Shown piece after piece: positions 25,030 through 36,000 of a stretch of 64,000 nucleotides of DNA; position 1 is the stretch's first letter; each line of letters opens with the position of its first letter. The notes under the pieces were generated by a model. That model saw only the letters and a list, made by a program, of their open reading frames with translations, was not told the origin of the DNA and did not search any database. Both the position numbers and the translations under genes were made by a program. Source of the stretch: Centroscyllium fabricii (lineage: Eukaryota); assembly GCA_051313645.2 (NCBI GenBank), contig JBNRSN020000010.1, positions 117,676,001 through 117,740,000 on the forward strand, in the 5' to 3' direction.

Positions 25030-27410
25030 ACTATGTTTATTCATTTCAAAAAATGTTCCTAAACAGTACAAGGAACTGGACCGCAGTTATTCTAAAGTTT
25101 CACATCACCATATTAGGCCAGTGCTTAATATTTAGGATGAGCACTTCTTTACTGAACAACTATTTGTTGCTACCCACACGAATATGTCTTTATAAGACTT
25201 AATAGTCTATTTTTGTGATGGGCAATGAATTAAAAGTCTTGTAGCAAGTAATGAAAAATGGGGAATAGTCTTTTCAGTGACTTGTCATAAGACAGAATGC
25301 AGACTTCCTTCAAACTACCCCACACACCCACCCACCCACCAGCAGCAAAGAGTATTCCGAACCAGATATAAGGTAGTTTCAAAGCCATCGTTGAAAGATC
25401 CCATGATTATTATGGCAAACAAAGCAGATCCATTCAACCTTTAATTTGTTAGGAGAAATAGCTTATTGGAGTATACCATTATTATTGACTTTTAGCTTCC
25501 TTCTCAAGAGAAGTTGAATGGATCATTTTAAACCACACCAGAATAAAAGCTTATTTGTGGAGAATATTTGGATTGTTAAACCTAAGAACAAAGTAAAATC
25601 AGCAGGAACCCTATGTAAACATTAGAGAATAAGCCACTCAGTTCGAAGAGGCGAATTGTCCTATTGCACAGCATCGGTACTTTAACTGTCAATAAGACAA
25701 TAGGTATTGCTGAGAAGTCTACGGAAATATATTTTAACAAGTTAGATCTGTGATCAGTCATATTTCTAAAATGTGCACCAGACCACATGTAGGATTTATT
25801 TTCATCTTTATAAAAAGTACAATAACAACCTTGTTTGAATCAGAATATCCTACCATTGAAGGCTGGACACTAGGTTCCTTTCATTGTGAAGATGAAAACA
25901 ACATTGTAATGTGTTTTGGAAATAAAGGCCAAATATATCATTCAACCCTACCCTACTGCACCACCAAACAAGAAGAGACCACACAGGGTGGCCTTGAGAG
26001 AAAGGTCTCCTCACCTGGACACCTGCTTGTGAACCATTGCCTTCCCAGAATGTGCTTTTTTCCCATGACTAGAGTCCCCTTTACGTGACAGGGACAGATA
26101 AAGCCTCGATTATAATTCAGAAGAATTTGCTCATTGTGCACAGCTAGAGAAGTCAGTGTAGTCTGCATAGTGGACAATGGGAAACGGTAACCTTCATTGA
26201 CAGTTAATGGCAGAACGGTAGACAGGGCAGTTAGCTTTAACAAATGAAACTTAAGATAGGTACAAGACCTTCAGCGCAGACGAAATCAAACCCTGATCCT
26301 GTGTCATGAAATAGGGCACAATAAACGTCTGAAGGCCTTAATTTATGGGCAGGGCAATTACACAAGGTCGTTGTAGTGCAGGTAGCATTGGGTAGAGTTT
26401 AATTTCCTTTTACGGACCTCAATTATTGAAAGACTTACGAGAGACGGGGCATTATTGTGTCCCTGTAATGTGCGTGTTTGAATATATCCCCTTCAACGGC
26501 AATCTGTTGTAAAGAAAGTTTTTGCAATTGGTGGAAACAGTAAATATTTCTCCCCTTTTAAACTCCCGACATTTTCAATCACATGCGCCCAGGGATGAAC
26601 ACAATTAGTGCAAATCGATAGCAGGAAATTGGCGTCTTTCAATCCAATCAAACCGAAGAAGTTCCAGTTGCCTGGCCGCTTTTTAGTGTGTGCTCGCGTC
26701 AATCATGTCACTGAAGCCCCCAACACGCCATCTACATTTTTAAACTTGTATCTGACGTGCCAAGGTCACTCTCCTCCCCCGTTGGGAATTCTTGATGTTT
26801 AGAACAACTCCAACTGCATCAACAGGGGTCGCTGGCTTTTTTTTGTTGGGGGGGGGGGTGCGGTTACCTGTTTCTAACCTCTGTGGGAAAACTCTCAGAA
26901 GTAGGTCAGTGCTGACTGGTGGGGAACCAGTGCCCTCCAGTTTGAAGCACACTAGAGGTGCCAGTCAGCAGGCCGTGGCTCGGTGCCACCGCTCTCATTT
27001 CGGCCACTGTCGGCGTTTTGTTCGACGCTTCAGTCCCCCCTCGGCCAGTGTGAGTGATCTGCTAGTCAGACTCGCCTCACACACTGAGCGGCGGCCAACG
27101 CCTCATCTCCCTGGCTGCCGGCTATGAAAGCGCGGGGCCGTTAGTAAATACAGAGAGCTGCCTGCAATAAACATTAAAGGGGCTGGAAAGGAGGGCAAAA
27201 GATCTCGCTGAAATTATCCCAACTCAAACAAACCACGTAGCTTAAGCCGGATCCCAATAGTTGGAGATAGCCAAGTTTGGGGGGGGGGGGGGTTACTCAG
27301 AGACTGGGAGCTTTGCCAGAGGGCAGACTGTGTTTACTGAACTCATAATAACAACAGAAAACGCTGGAGAAACTCAGCAGGCCAGGCAGCATCGGTGGAG
27401 AGAGAAAGAG

Positions 27411-27447
27411 AGTTAATGTTTCAGGTCGATGACCTTTCTTCAGAACT
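27411..27447 (-). ncRNA. Minimal hammerhead motif in a ~100-bp Penelope tail (27350-27449)
   Basis: AGTT-CTGAAGA-A-AGGTC-ATC-GACCT-GAAA-CAT-T-AACT. Stem III is ACAU, a likely CpG decay of ACGU. Confidence 0.6.
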
Positions 27448-27466
27448 GGGATTATTGAACTCATAC

Positions 27467-27715
27467 CTTGATGGACCCGGGGATGACGAGCTTCATGGCT
27501 TGTCTTTTGAGCTCTGCCAGCTTGAGCTGGCAATTCTTACACCAGGTTCCTTTCTCTTCCTTCTCGAAGGAGCAAGACTCGGTCCCGGAGCCGGCTCCTG
27601 CTCCCTCGGGAGCGGGCCGTCTGCCACAGTGATCTTCCTCGGCCGCCTGGCATCTCTTCCTGACACCGGACTCCAGGGGCATCGTCGTCTCCTTGCCTGG
27701 GCTCCCATCCAGCAC
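27467..27715 (-). CDS. KIF26A: KIF26A coding exon 2 (83 codons, phase 0/0): VLDGSPGKETTMPLESGVRKRCQAAEEDHCGRRPAPEGAGAG...WCKNCQLKLAELKRQAMKLVIPGSIK
   Basis: The translation matches the recalled KIF26A N-terminus (human ...RKR...DPCGSRPAPEGAGAG...[20 protein letters not shown]; KIF26B has [17 protein letters not shown]). Acceptor tttgcag|GTG at 27716/27715, donor AAG|gtatga at 27467/27466; length 249 nt. RPAPEGAGAG favours KIF26A over KIF26B. Confidence 0.88.
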
Positions 27716-28225
27716 CTGCAAACATATCAGAAAAGGGAACGAGAAATGCAGTGAGTTGTGCTGGCAGGGACGCGAACTCGGGCTGTCAAGTGGAAAGGGG
27801 GCAACCGTTAAATGTAACTATGCGAAACTGCCCCCTCTCCGACAAACTGAGAAGTATTATTAACACACACAAGAGTCACTCCTGAAACATCGCTTCAAAC
27901 TGTCTTTCAACTAGTTCAGTTTGTTTCGTGTCAGCGAGCCTGTTGCTGTGGGGAGTTACTGTAAACTCCCGCATAATACTCGGTGTGGCTACTTGTTAAC
28001 AAGCCGAGTAAGGGCTGTGATTCTTGGAGTTAGGGAGCATTGGTACATGTGTCATGTAGTCGCGATGCGCCTGTTGGTTTTAAAGGTACTCTAATACTGG
28101 GACCATCTGAAACACTGCAAATCAGCTCCCCGTACGGTATAGCTCAGACCTAACACAGCCAGCCTGAAACTTTACTCAGCATTGACCCAAGTACAGTCAC
28201 TCTCTCCCACAGCCTCGTTACTTAC

Positions 28226-28276
28226 CGCCAGTCTGCGGCACTCCGACTCCAACGCACCAGATTTGCTCCCTGGCAT
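28226..28276 (-). CDS. KIF26A: KIF26A proximal first coding exon (MPGSKSGALESECRRLA)
   Basis: caaaATG with A at -3 and an in-frame TAA 8 codons upstream. 17 codons, then a strong GCG|gtaagt phase-0 donor, in frame with exon 2. The ...RLA|V junction resembles the recalled KIF26B N-terminus (KERLAVS). Confidence 0.7.
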
Positions 28277-31068
28277 TTTGGATAAAGTCACTTTCGATTA
28301 TTGCAGGAACACATCAAGTCGGGGCCAAAGCCAAAAATAATTACTGTGACCAGTCCCGTCTCTCCGCTGGAAAGTGTGGATTCATATCAACAGACTAAAT
28401 GCCAGTGAATGAATCGTCTGGTCATTACTAGGAATGCAATTGTCATTAAACTACTTTTTTTTTTTCAAATGCCCCTGAAAAGTCTAAACCGGTATTTGTT
28501 CAGAATGCGCTTCCACATGCGTGGACCATCCATGTCCTAAAGGAAACAAGAGTAAGTTTGAGTTTCAAGTTTGTGTGGGTTCGGGGAAGCGGCAGCGTGT
28601 CTTCCAGTGGGTGGAGCACAAACTGGATTGAAACCACTGATCGGTCAAGGAGTTCCCGTGACTGACAACAGTAAAGTGCTCAAATAGCACAACCCTGCAA
28701 CAACTTCAAACTCCCAGCGTCGACTTTCAAACCGGCGCTCTCGTCAATTTCACATGTAGCCATTTCAAATGACAGAACATCTGGGCATTGTTTGTGCGAC
28801 CCATTCACAGAGTCCGCAAGCCAAGCCCGCATGACTTTAGTAAATTAATTTTAGAATCTGTGAAGTTGTCAACAATCTCTTGGTTTATTTCGCTGTGCGA
28901 TTTATTACTGCAATTGCCATTCAAAACGGAGCATTGCAGAAATCATCACAATAAGACAGGCGTGCTCTTGCAGTGCCCGCGGTACCTGCTTCAGTTCATT
29001 TAGCTGTGTCAATGAACAAGCTACTCGAAACTGAACTGTAAACGGCTTGAGATTCAAATTCACTCTAAGGTTCAATTTACAGCTTTATTTTGTCTGCAGA
29101 ATGGTTCAGAGCTTTCATTCAAGCTAGCTGTATGCGGCGTGTGATACGTTGTATTTATTATGTTTGGGTTAATTTAACACTAAGGTTTGACCAAGTGATG
29201 CTGTTGGATGATGTTTTGCACCCTTCCCCCCCCCCCCTCCCCACCAAATAACGAGAATCATTTTTCAAAACGCAAAAAATATACTAGTACTCTTCAACCT
29301 GAATAACTTATTCTTAACCTCAAAGCCAACTCAAGCTGCTAAACACTCTACCGCTCACAGTGTTTTGTGTTAACCCGTGCTCTATTAGTCTGGGAAGTTG
29401 TTCCAGCTTTCAGCCTCCCTCCCAGAGTCATTCTGTGCCGAGAGCGATCGTTGCTGTAGTTGCAGCGCCACTTGTTGGCCGTAGTTCAGAATCCGCACAA
29501 AGGACCAAATCCTCAGAAAAGGAAAAACTTGCTCCACGGGAAGAACTATGAGCCGGGTATTCGTGTGTGCATAGGAAAATCCTGCTCACACTTTGCTCAG
29601 CGTAGGTACAGTTGGGCCCTCAATGCTTATCTGAGTCGGTCTCCTCTCAGTGAGTGCGAGTTCTCCAACTCGGGAATAATGGGCTATGCATGGGCTGGAA
29701 GAAGGCAGTACAAATTACAGTATACATCAGTACACATTAACTGGGAGTAAAAGAAATCGCTTTAAAACAAAATGGCACCACAATTACTATTTCCATGTTG
29801 TTGGGCCATGGTCAATTTTTTTTACAGCATACAGGAAACGGACACATTTAAAACTAGGCAGAAACGCAATGGAACATTTTGATCAAAAAAGTTCAGACTG
29901 GGGGGACATTTTAAAGTGCTGTGTTTACTCGTTTATTGCAAAAGTTATCTGGAATACTTTATTATAAGATTACATTAATCACAAATGTCAAATCTATTAC
30001 AGCCATTGAGATGGAGCTGGAGAAACTTGGATAAATACCAGATGTCGTTAAAATACTTTAGTGTCAATATAAAAGTCTCCCCCCCCCCCCCCCCCCCCAC
30101 CACCCCCCAAAGCATAGTAGGTGCATATTTAGTACGAGCTTTGAGTTTGAAATTGTTTCAACGTTGGCCACTTTGTCCTCCACTTGATACCCAACTGAAG
30201 TAATAGAGTAGCTTCGGTGTGCTGCCCAGAGGATTGAACTGGGCAGGCTTTGCATACTTGGTGGTTGAAGACCCTCACAAGACCCTCATAGGTGTGAAAA
30301 CGCTACGTGGACGGTCGAAGGTGAGCTGGTGGGGGGCTGATTGCAAGAAGCAGCGGCAATGGATAGACTACTGTGGAAGCTGGAAGAGGGCGTAGTGCGA
30401 TTGTGAGATGTCTGGTCAAAATAGATGGGTGGTGCGTTTCAAATGACACGCCTTTCTAAAAAAAAAAGCTGAATTTTAGTTATATCAAGTCTCACAGGTT
30501 CTATAAACCAAAACGACCCCCCCCCCCCCCCCCCCGTACAGCGTCTGCTAAATAGCAATGGATTAGCATGCAGGGGAGTACCGAAAACAAACGTGGCTCT
30601 GTGCTTGTGCTTAAGTTGCAGGAAGGTGCCTCATCCTCTGCAGACTTTACCGGTTAAGAAATTACAAGAACTCTATTCATAGATTTAAGTATAAAAAGGA
30701 CCTTTGGCTCGAAACGTAAGAACAAAAGAACTTTATGAATCAAAAAAGGCCAGTAAACCTAGAAAGCCAGTTCCAACCCGACTACAAGCACAGAGCCCCG
30801 TGTGATTTCACGAATCAGCCAAAATCCACGGATTCCTCCCCTCCCCAGAATTGCCTCTTGAGCTCACTTCACAGTCAGCTCATGACTCCCACGGATTTGT
30901 TCTTAAAAGCAAAATAATGTTTAAAAAGGGAACAAATCTTTGCCTCTGCAAGTATTTCTGATCCTGTGTGCCTAACACTGAGCTGAGGCACCGTGCGCCC
31001 CGGTGTGATTCTCAGTGTTGGGGAGCTGCTGATCCGCTCAGGAGCCGATTGTTCGGCGGCCGGGGCCA

Positions 31069-31215
31069 CCCTCCCTCTCCCCGGTGCTGCCCTCCCTCTC
31101 CCCGGTGCTGCCCTCCCTCTCCCCGGTGCTGCCCTCCCTCTCCCCGGTGCTGCCCTCCCTCTCCCCGGTGCTGCCCTCTCTCTCCCCGGTGCTGCCCTCT
31201 CTCTCCCCGGTGCTG
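31069..31215. repeat. Minisatellite, 7 x 21 bp (CCCTCCCTCTCCCCGGTGCTG)
   Basis: Direct reading: five identical units followed by two units carrying a C>T variant. Confidence 0.95.
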
Positions 31216-31524
31216 CCGCGCCCAGGCTCCCGCGGAAAGCGCGCTCCCCAAGCATGGGCGCGGACAACCCACGCGGGAGTGCGCACATCCTAGCTCTGAG
31301 CGCACCCCCAGCCCGGGGGCGGGGTCGGGTCTGTCTCCGACTGGCGGCGCTGTGCCGGGAGCCGGGCGCCGCCCTCCCGCAGGGCTCGGGGCTCCGGGGG
31401 AGGATTCACGGGCGGCACCGCCGCGCCCGGCCATTCATCAACGTGTGACTCCCCCCGCCCCCCACCGTCCGCCTGAAACCTGCCGCCTCCCAGCCTCGGT
31501 ATCCTCAGGCCAAAGCCAATCTTC

Positions 31525-31960
31525 CGCGCGCCCCCAGCACCGCTCCATCACGCGCGCTCCCGGCATAAGCGACCGCGCACGCTCTATACAGTAATGCGCG
31601 CCCATCGCAATGCGCGCTCCCGGCAGCAATATACGCGCGTCAACATCGCTCAACCACGCGCGCTCTCGGCAACAATGCGCGTCCCAGAGTATCGCTCCAC
31701 CAAACGCGCTCCCGGTAGCAATGCGCGCTCCTGGTATCAATGAGCGCGCCCCAGCACCGCTCCGAGATGCGCGCGCCAGGTCGTAATGAGCGAGCCCCAG
31801 CACCGCTCCACCGTGCGCGCTCCGTGTAACAAGGAGCGCGCACCCGGTAACAATTAGCGCGCCCCAGCACTGCTTCGCCGTGCGCGTCCACGAGAACCGC
31901 GCCACCATACGCGCGTCCGGCAGCAATGCGCACGTTCCCGAGCATCGCTCCGCTCGGCGC
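31525..31960. repeat. Degenerate GC-rich repeat of two interspersed ~20-bp units (GCGCGCCCCAGCACCGCTCC / GCGCGCTCCCGGYAGCAAT)
   Basis: Roughly 20 recurrences of GCGCGC-like cores at about 20-bp spacing. Confidence 0.7.
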
Positions 31961-32440
31961 ATTCCCGCCCCCTGCACTCTGCGCGCACCCGCCTCCTGGT
32001 CACCGTTGTTCCGGGCGCGCCTCCGAGCCCCCGCTTTGCCATGCGCGCCGCCGATCTCCCCCTCTGTGCGCGCTCCCGGGCCATTTCTCTGGGCTGCTCT
32101 TTTGCCAGTCCTGGTGTCTCCGGCTCTCCTGCTGTCAGTGACAGGAACTCTGCACCGACCCAGGCGGCCGGGCCGCCCTTGCACCGAAGCAGCAGGTGCT
32201 GGTTGCTCTTACACTTTAAAACACTTACATTGCTGAGAATCTCACACTTCAAGTATGGTTTTTATCCTTCTCACGTTCCAGGATGCTTTGTAATACATTC
32301 ATGACTTGTGAAAATATCAGCTCTGGTAATATTTTGAAATGAACACTGACCTGAAGTTTCTATTGTTTTATTTCGGCCGGTTTCTATGCAACTTGAAGGC
32401 TTCTGCTACTGCTTATCTGCACTGAACGTGAAGCCCAATA

Positions 32441-32527
32441 CTTAAAATAAAACTGTTGGACTATAATCTGGTGTTGTGTGACTTCTTGCAATTGTCCACC
32501 CCAGTCCAACACCGGCACCTCCACATC
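32441..32527 (+). mobile_element. Solo tail of the 23112 Penelope-type family, without the ribozyme core
   Basis: TTAAAATAAAACTGTTGGACTATAATCTGGTGTTGTGTGACTTCTTGCA...CACCTCCACAT is near-identical to the reverse complement of 23114-23200. Confidence 0.75.
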
Positions 32528-32956
32528 AATACTTTGTAGGCACGTCTACTCTGTCAACCGGCGAAAGACCTGAATTGCTGAGAAGTTCAAAGCAAACTCC
32601 GAGCAGCAGCGGAGCAAAGATCTTTAAACAAATGTGAACCGCTCTCCGGGCGCTTTGCTTTTGATGCAGAACAAAATAAACTGGTGTCTGGAAGCTGAGG
32701 TGTTCTGATCGCATTGCCTAAAGATGAGGTGTTCGCAGCAACAATCAAACAATCCGTTCAGATCATTTAACATCAACTAAAGCGCAGTCGAAGCAACACA
32801 TTGGAAAGTTAGCCCCGAAACACGGGAATAATTTCAGAACACACACTTAAACAATTTTCATTGTGGTCAAATGTTGTTAAATGAAGATAACTGGAACGTG
32901 TCGTTTTAAAAGACAGGTCGCAGTATAATAGTACATAAGATTTATGGAACACTCAC

Positions 32957-33085
32957 CTTATGTTTTCTCCTTAAAAGGTGACTGGTGAATCCAAATAGGA
33001 TGTCAGGGTCCAGGCAAAAGGTGCCGATTTCTAGCAAGTTTGTGTTTTTCCTGGAAGGGGACTCTGGGGTTTGTTGTGAAGACAT
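32957..33085 (-). CDS. KIF26A: Candidate distal alternative first coding exon of KIF26A (MSSQQTPESPSRKNTNLLEIGTFCLDPDILFGFTSHLLRRKHK)
   Basis: catcATG with A at -3, 43 open codons, then a consensus AAG|gtgagt phase-0 donor compatible with exon 2. Lies in a CpG-rich, TE-free context. Splicing to exon 2 is inferred. Confidence 0.6.
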
Positions 33086-36000
33086 GATGCTCTGCGATCT
33101 TCGAGCCTGGTCCCTGAGCCGCACCCTGGTACACAAGACACTTCATTCACTCTGAACTGGCATGTTGGCTGCCACGGGTTGTTCCAGGCCCGGGCGCGGT
33201 GCGTGCAATCCCGCTAATCTGCAGTCAGACGAGCTCCGGTCTCTCTTTACCACTCCCCTCAATAACGTCCCACCAAAGTAACCTATTCCAGCAGGGAATC
33301 TTTTTGCATCCACTCGCCCCACTGTATGAAAAAACATCAATATCCATCAGCAAATCTTCTTCAGATTCCCCTCGGTTTCTTCTTCCTGCAGTGTGGGAAG
33401 AAAAGTGTCCAACGCGTGGCTCGCAGCTCCCTTGGTCTCTGCCTGTGTATTTTTAAGAGTGATGCCCGCAGAATTGAACGTTCCGCCGTGGACTGAGAGA
33501 AATGGCAAATGAATAGAGCGAAGTAATATTGTTGTGGATGATGGTAAAAGCTCTCCTCATATCACATCGTTCATTAGTTGTGTCTTGAGGAAAAGCTGCA
33601 TCCCTTTAAAGTGTGCCAATTGTTGGCTGACAGCCTGGAAATGTGCTGCAGGAGCTGGACTCCCAGAGAATCCAAAGACGCCAATCCCACTGTGGGCAGC
33701 TCGGTGACAGAAACTACTGACAGGATGAAATCACGCTGAATAATCGATTTAGCCCTATTTTTTCTGAGAAATATAACATAGTCTTATGATTCTTTCAGCG
33801 ACACCAGCAAGTATCAGCTTCTAAAAGTCCGATCCTAATTTCTGGGCAATAGGCGAATGTTTATTAGTTTTTTAGGTTAATCTGTGATCATCAAACAGAA
33901 AAATCAATTATGTTCTGATTATAGCAAACGTATTCTGCATTCTATTCAGTTTTTATCCTCATTAATTAACATTTCATACCAGACTGATAGAGAAAGGAGA
34001 TATTTCATTGAATTTTATTCAATTACAGTACACAATTATTTACACAATTACTTTTTATAAATTACAAAGTAGGACTTTAGTGAGGCAATAATCTAATCCT
34101 GTTGCAGTAGTATGTTCTGACAGTTATTTATCGCCTTGGAATCGCTGCAGAATACTTTAGAAAAAATGATGGTGTTAGCGCAAAGCTGTTCGTCTGATCC
34201 ACGGAAAGCTGGGCAAAATGATAACAGGACAGCGATCGCAAAGTTATTAACATTGTCCGCTTTTGTTGTTCCAAATAAAGTAAAACATCAACGGATCGAT
34301 TGTACACAAAGCCTATTAGAGCAGATAAAGTCCATTATTTATATGTTTTGAAAGCGATCCTCAGACATTAACATTAGTCTGTTAATAAAAATCTTATCAC
34401 CAGGACACAGAGGAGTAGTCTACAGATAACCAGACAGTCATTACCTTTATAATAAAGAAATTTGTGTCAGTGATTTAAAGAATGCCTCTTTCCCCATTGC
34501 CAGCTCTTGGTGAAATATGTCGTTTTGGTTTGCTGATTATTTATACAGCAGTCATTTAAGACAGTAACTTGTCTTTAGATAGGACTTCTATAGTGATTGG
34601 TCCAAATGAAGTTTGATAAAAAAGATTCACAGGGTGAACTGACGATATGTATTGCAAGCCTCGCCTTGATGTACAATGCTTGTGAGGCGCAAGAAGGAGA
34701 AATCCTGCCCCTTAAGTTGAACGTGCATTGATTTAATGTAAAACCGAGCTTTTGAAGAACCACAAACCCATTCGTTCCGCTACCACCCAATACTTCCGCT
34801 TCACACGAGAAATAATGCCCTGTTTAATGGGTCTGGGGCGAGCAGAACTATAACTGGACATTAGCATTACATCACCTCCGCTAAGTTAGGCAGTCACGCT
34901 TTCTGGCTCAACTCACTGGAGAACTTTTTAGCTTTGAGCTCACTTCGCACTTCTGTCAGAAACTAGCAGATGGTATTAATTTAGCATAACTAGTTACATT
35001 TCAGAATTCTTACAAATAAAACCTGCCACACCCGCCTCCCAGTTCAATCGTGCGACTGTTCACTACGCCTTCCGCTTGCAAAACGACGATGAAACACAAA
35101 TAACGAGAGCGTGTGTAAATCTTGCAGTAATTGACTGCTGTTTCTTGAGGGCGAGGAGGGGGCGCTCAATGAAAACAGGAAATATAGCATAAGGCGTAAA
35201 GCACTTATAGTACATATGTTAAATATTTAATTAAACGTTTGTCTAATCCACAAACGCTTTCATAACATTGGTATAATGGTAAAATAAGGGTGTTACTTCC
35301 CTGTGCTAAAAGTTAAACGTCACTCTTAAATGAACGCTATTTGCTTACAGTGCATCATATGGTTACTGTATTCTGTAGCTGCTGTACAATTTTACATTTA
35401 ATTTGCTAAGAATACAATAGATTGCAGTCTAGAGGACCCTAGGGAAATCTACACGACAGAGCCCAAGAATCCATGAAATTCAATGTAATGCACTAATCAT
35501 GGAAGTATTATGGTATTAATTGCTATAATGCTTACTTGTAATCCTATCATACGATGCAGAACACACTTTCGCTGAAGATGAATTCGATTTAGTCTGGCCA
35601 TTGGGTAAATTAACAGTATATATTCAGGCTACACACGGAATCAGGCTTTAACGCCAGGCGAATATGCTACAACCCGCGTGTAAAAGTCAAAGTCGCCGCT
35701 GACGTTCCTGGACAGAAATGGTGGAAGTATAAGAAGACGTGTTAGAATTTCACTTTTCAAGAGGCACACAGGCCACATAAACGATAATTAGAATTCGTTG
35801 TAAAGATGATTTATCGTGTCTATCATCGTGGTTGAAAAGCCTGGGTCACCGATGAATGCTGATGAAATTCCAAAGATCTGCTCCCTAAAGACTCCCCGCA
35901 TCTGCTGTCCTCTAGGTTGGAAGGAAATAGCCCAGGGCGCGCATCTTATTAAAGCGAGCTAAAAATTTAGACATTTTGTCAAGCAAAACATTTCTTTGTG

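Larger units (their letters stand above)
30950..32200. promoter_or_regulatory. CpG island between the two KIF26A first exons
   Basis: Very high GC and CpG density with many CGCG/GCGC and GC boxes (e.g. gggggcgggg ~31315), against AT-rich flanks. Confidence 0.75.

Noticed and set aside
1-27466. KIF26A exon 3 (expected DP.FS...CDVCATHL)
   Set aside because: No such translation in the ORF track or by eye; it probably lies before position 1.
30690-30720. AAAAGGACCTTTGGCTCGAAACGT resembling a hammerhead 3' half
   Set aside because: No CTGAnGA core or stem I; at best a decayed remnant.
30875-32304. Long GC-rich ORFs (208 aa +, 248 aa -, and others)
   Set aside because: They arise from the 21-bp VNTR and the stop-poor CpG island, are open in several frames, and show no recognisable domain.
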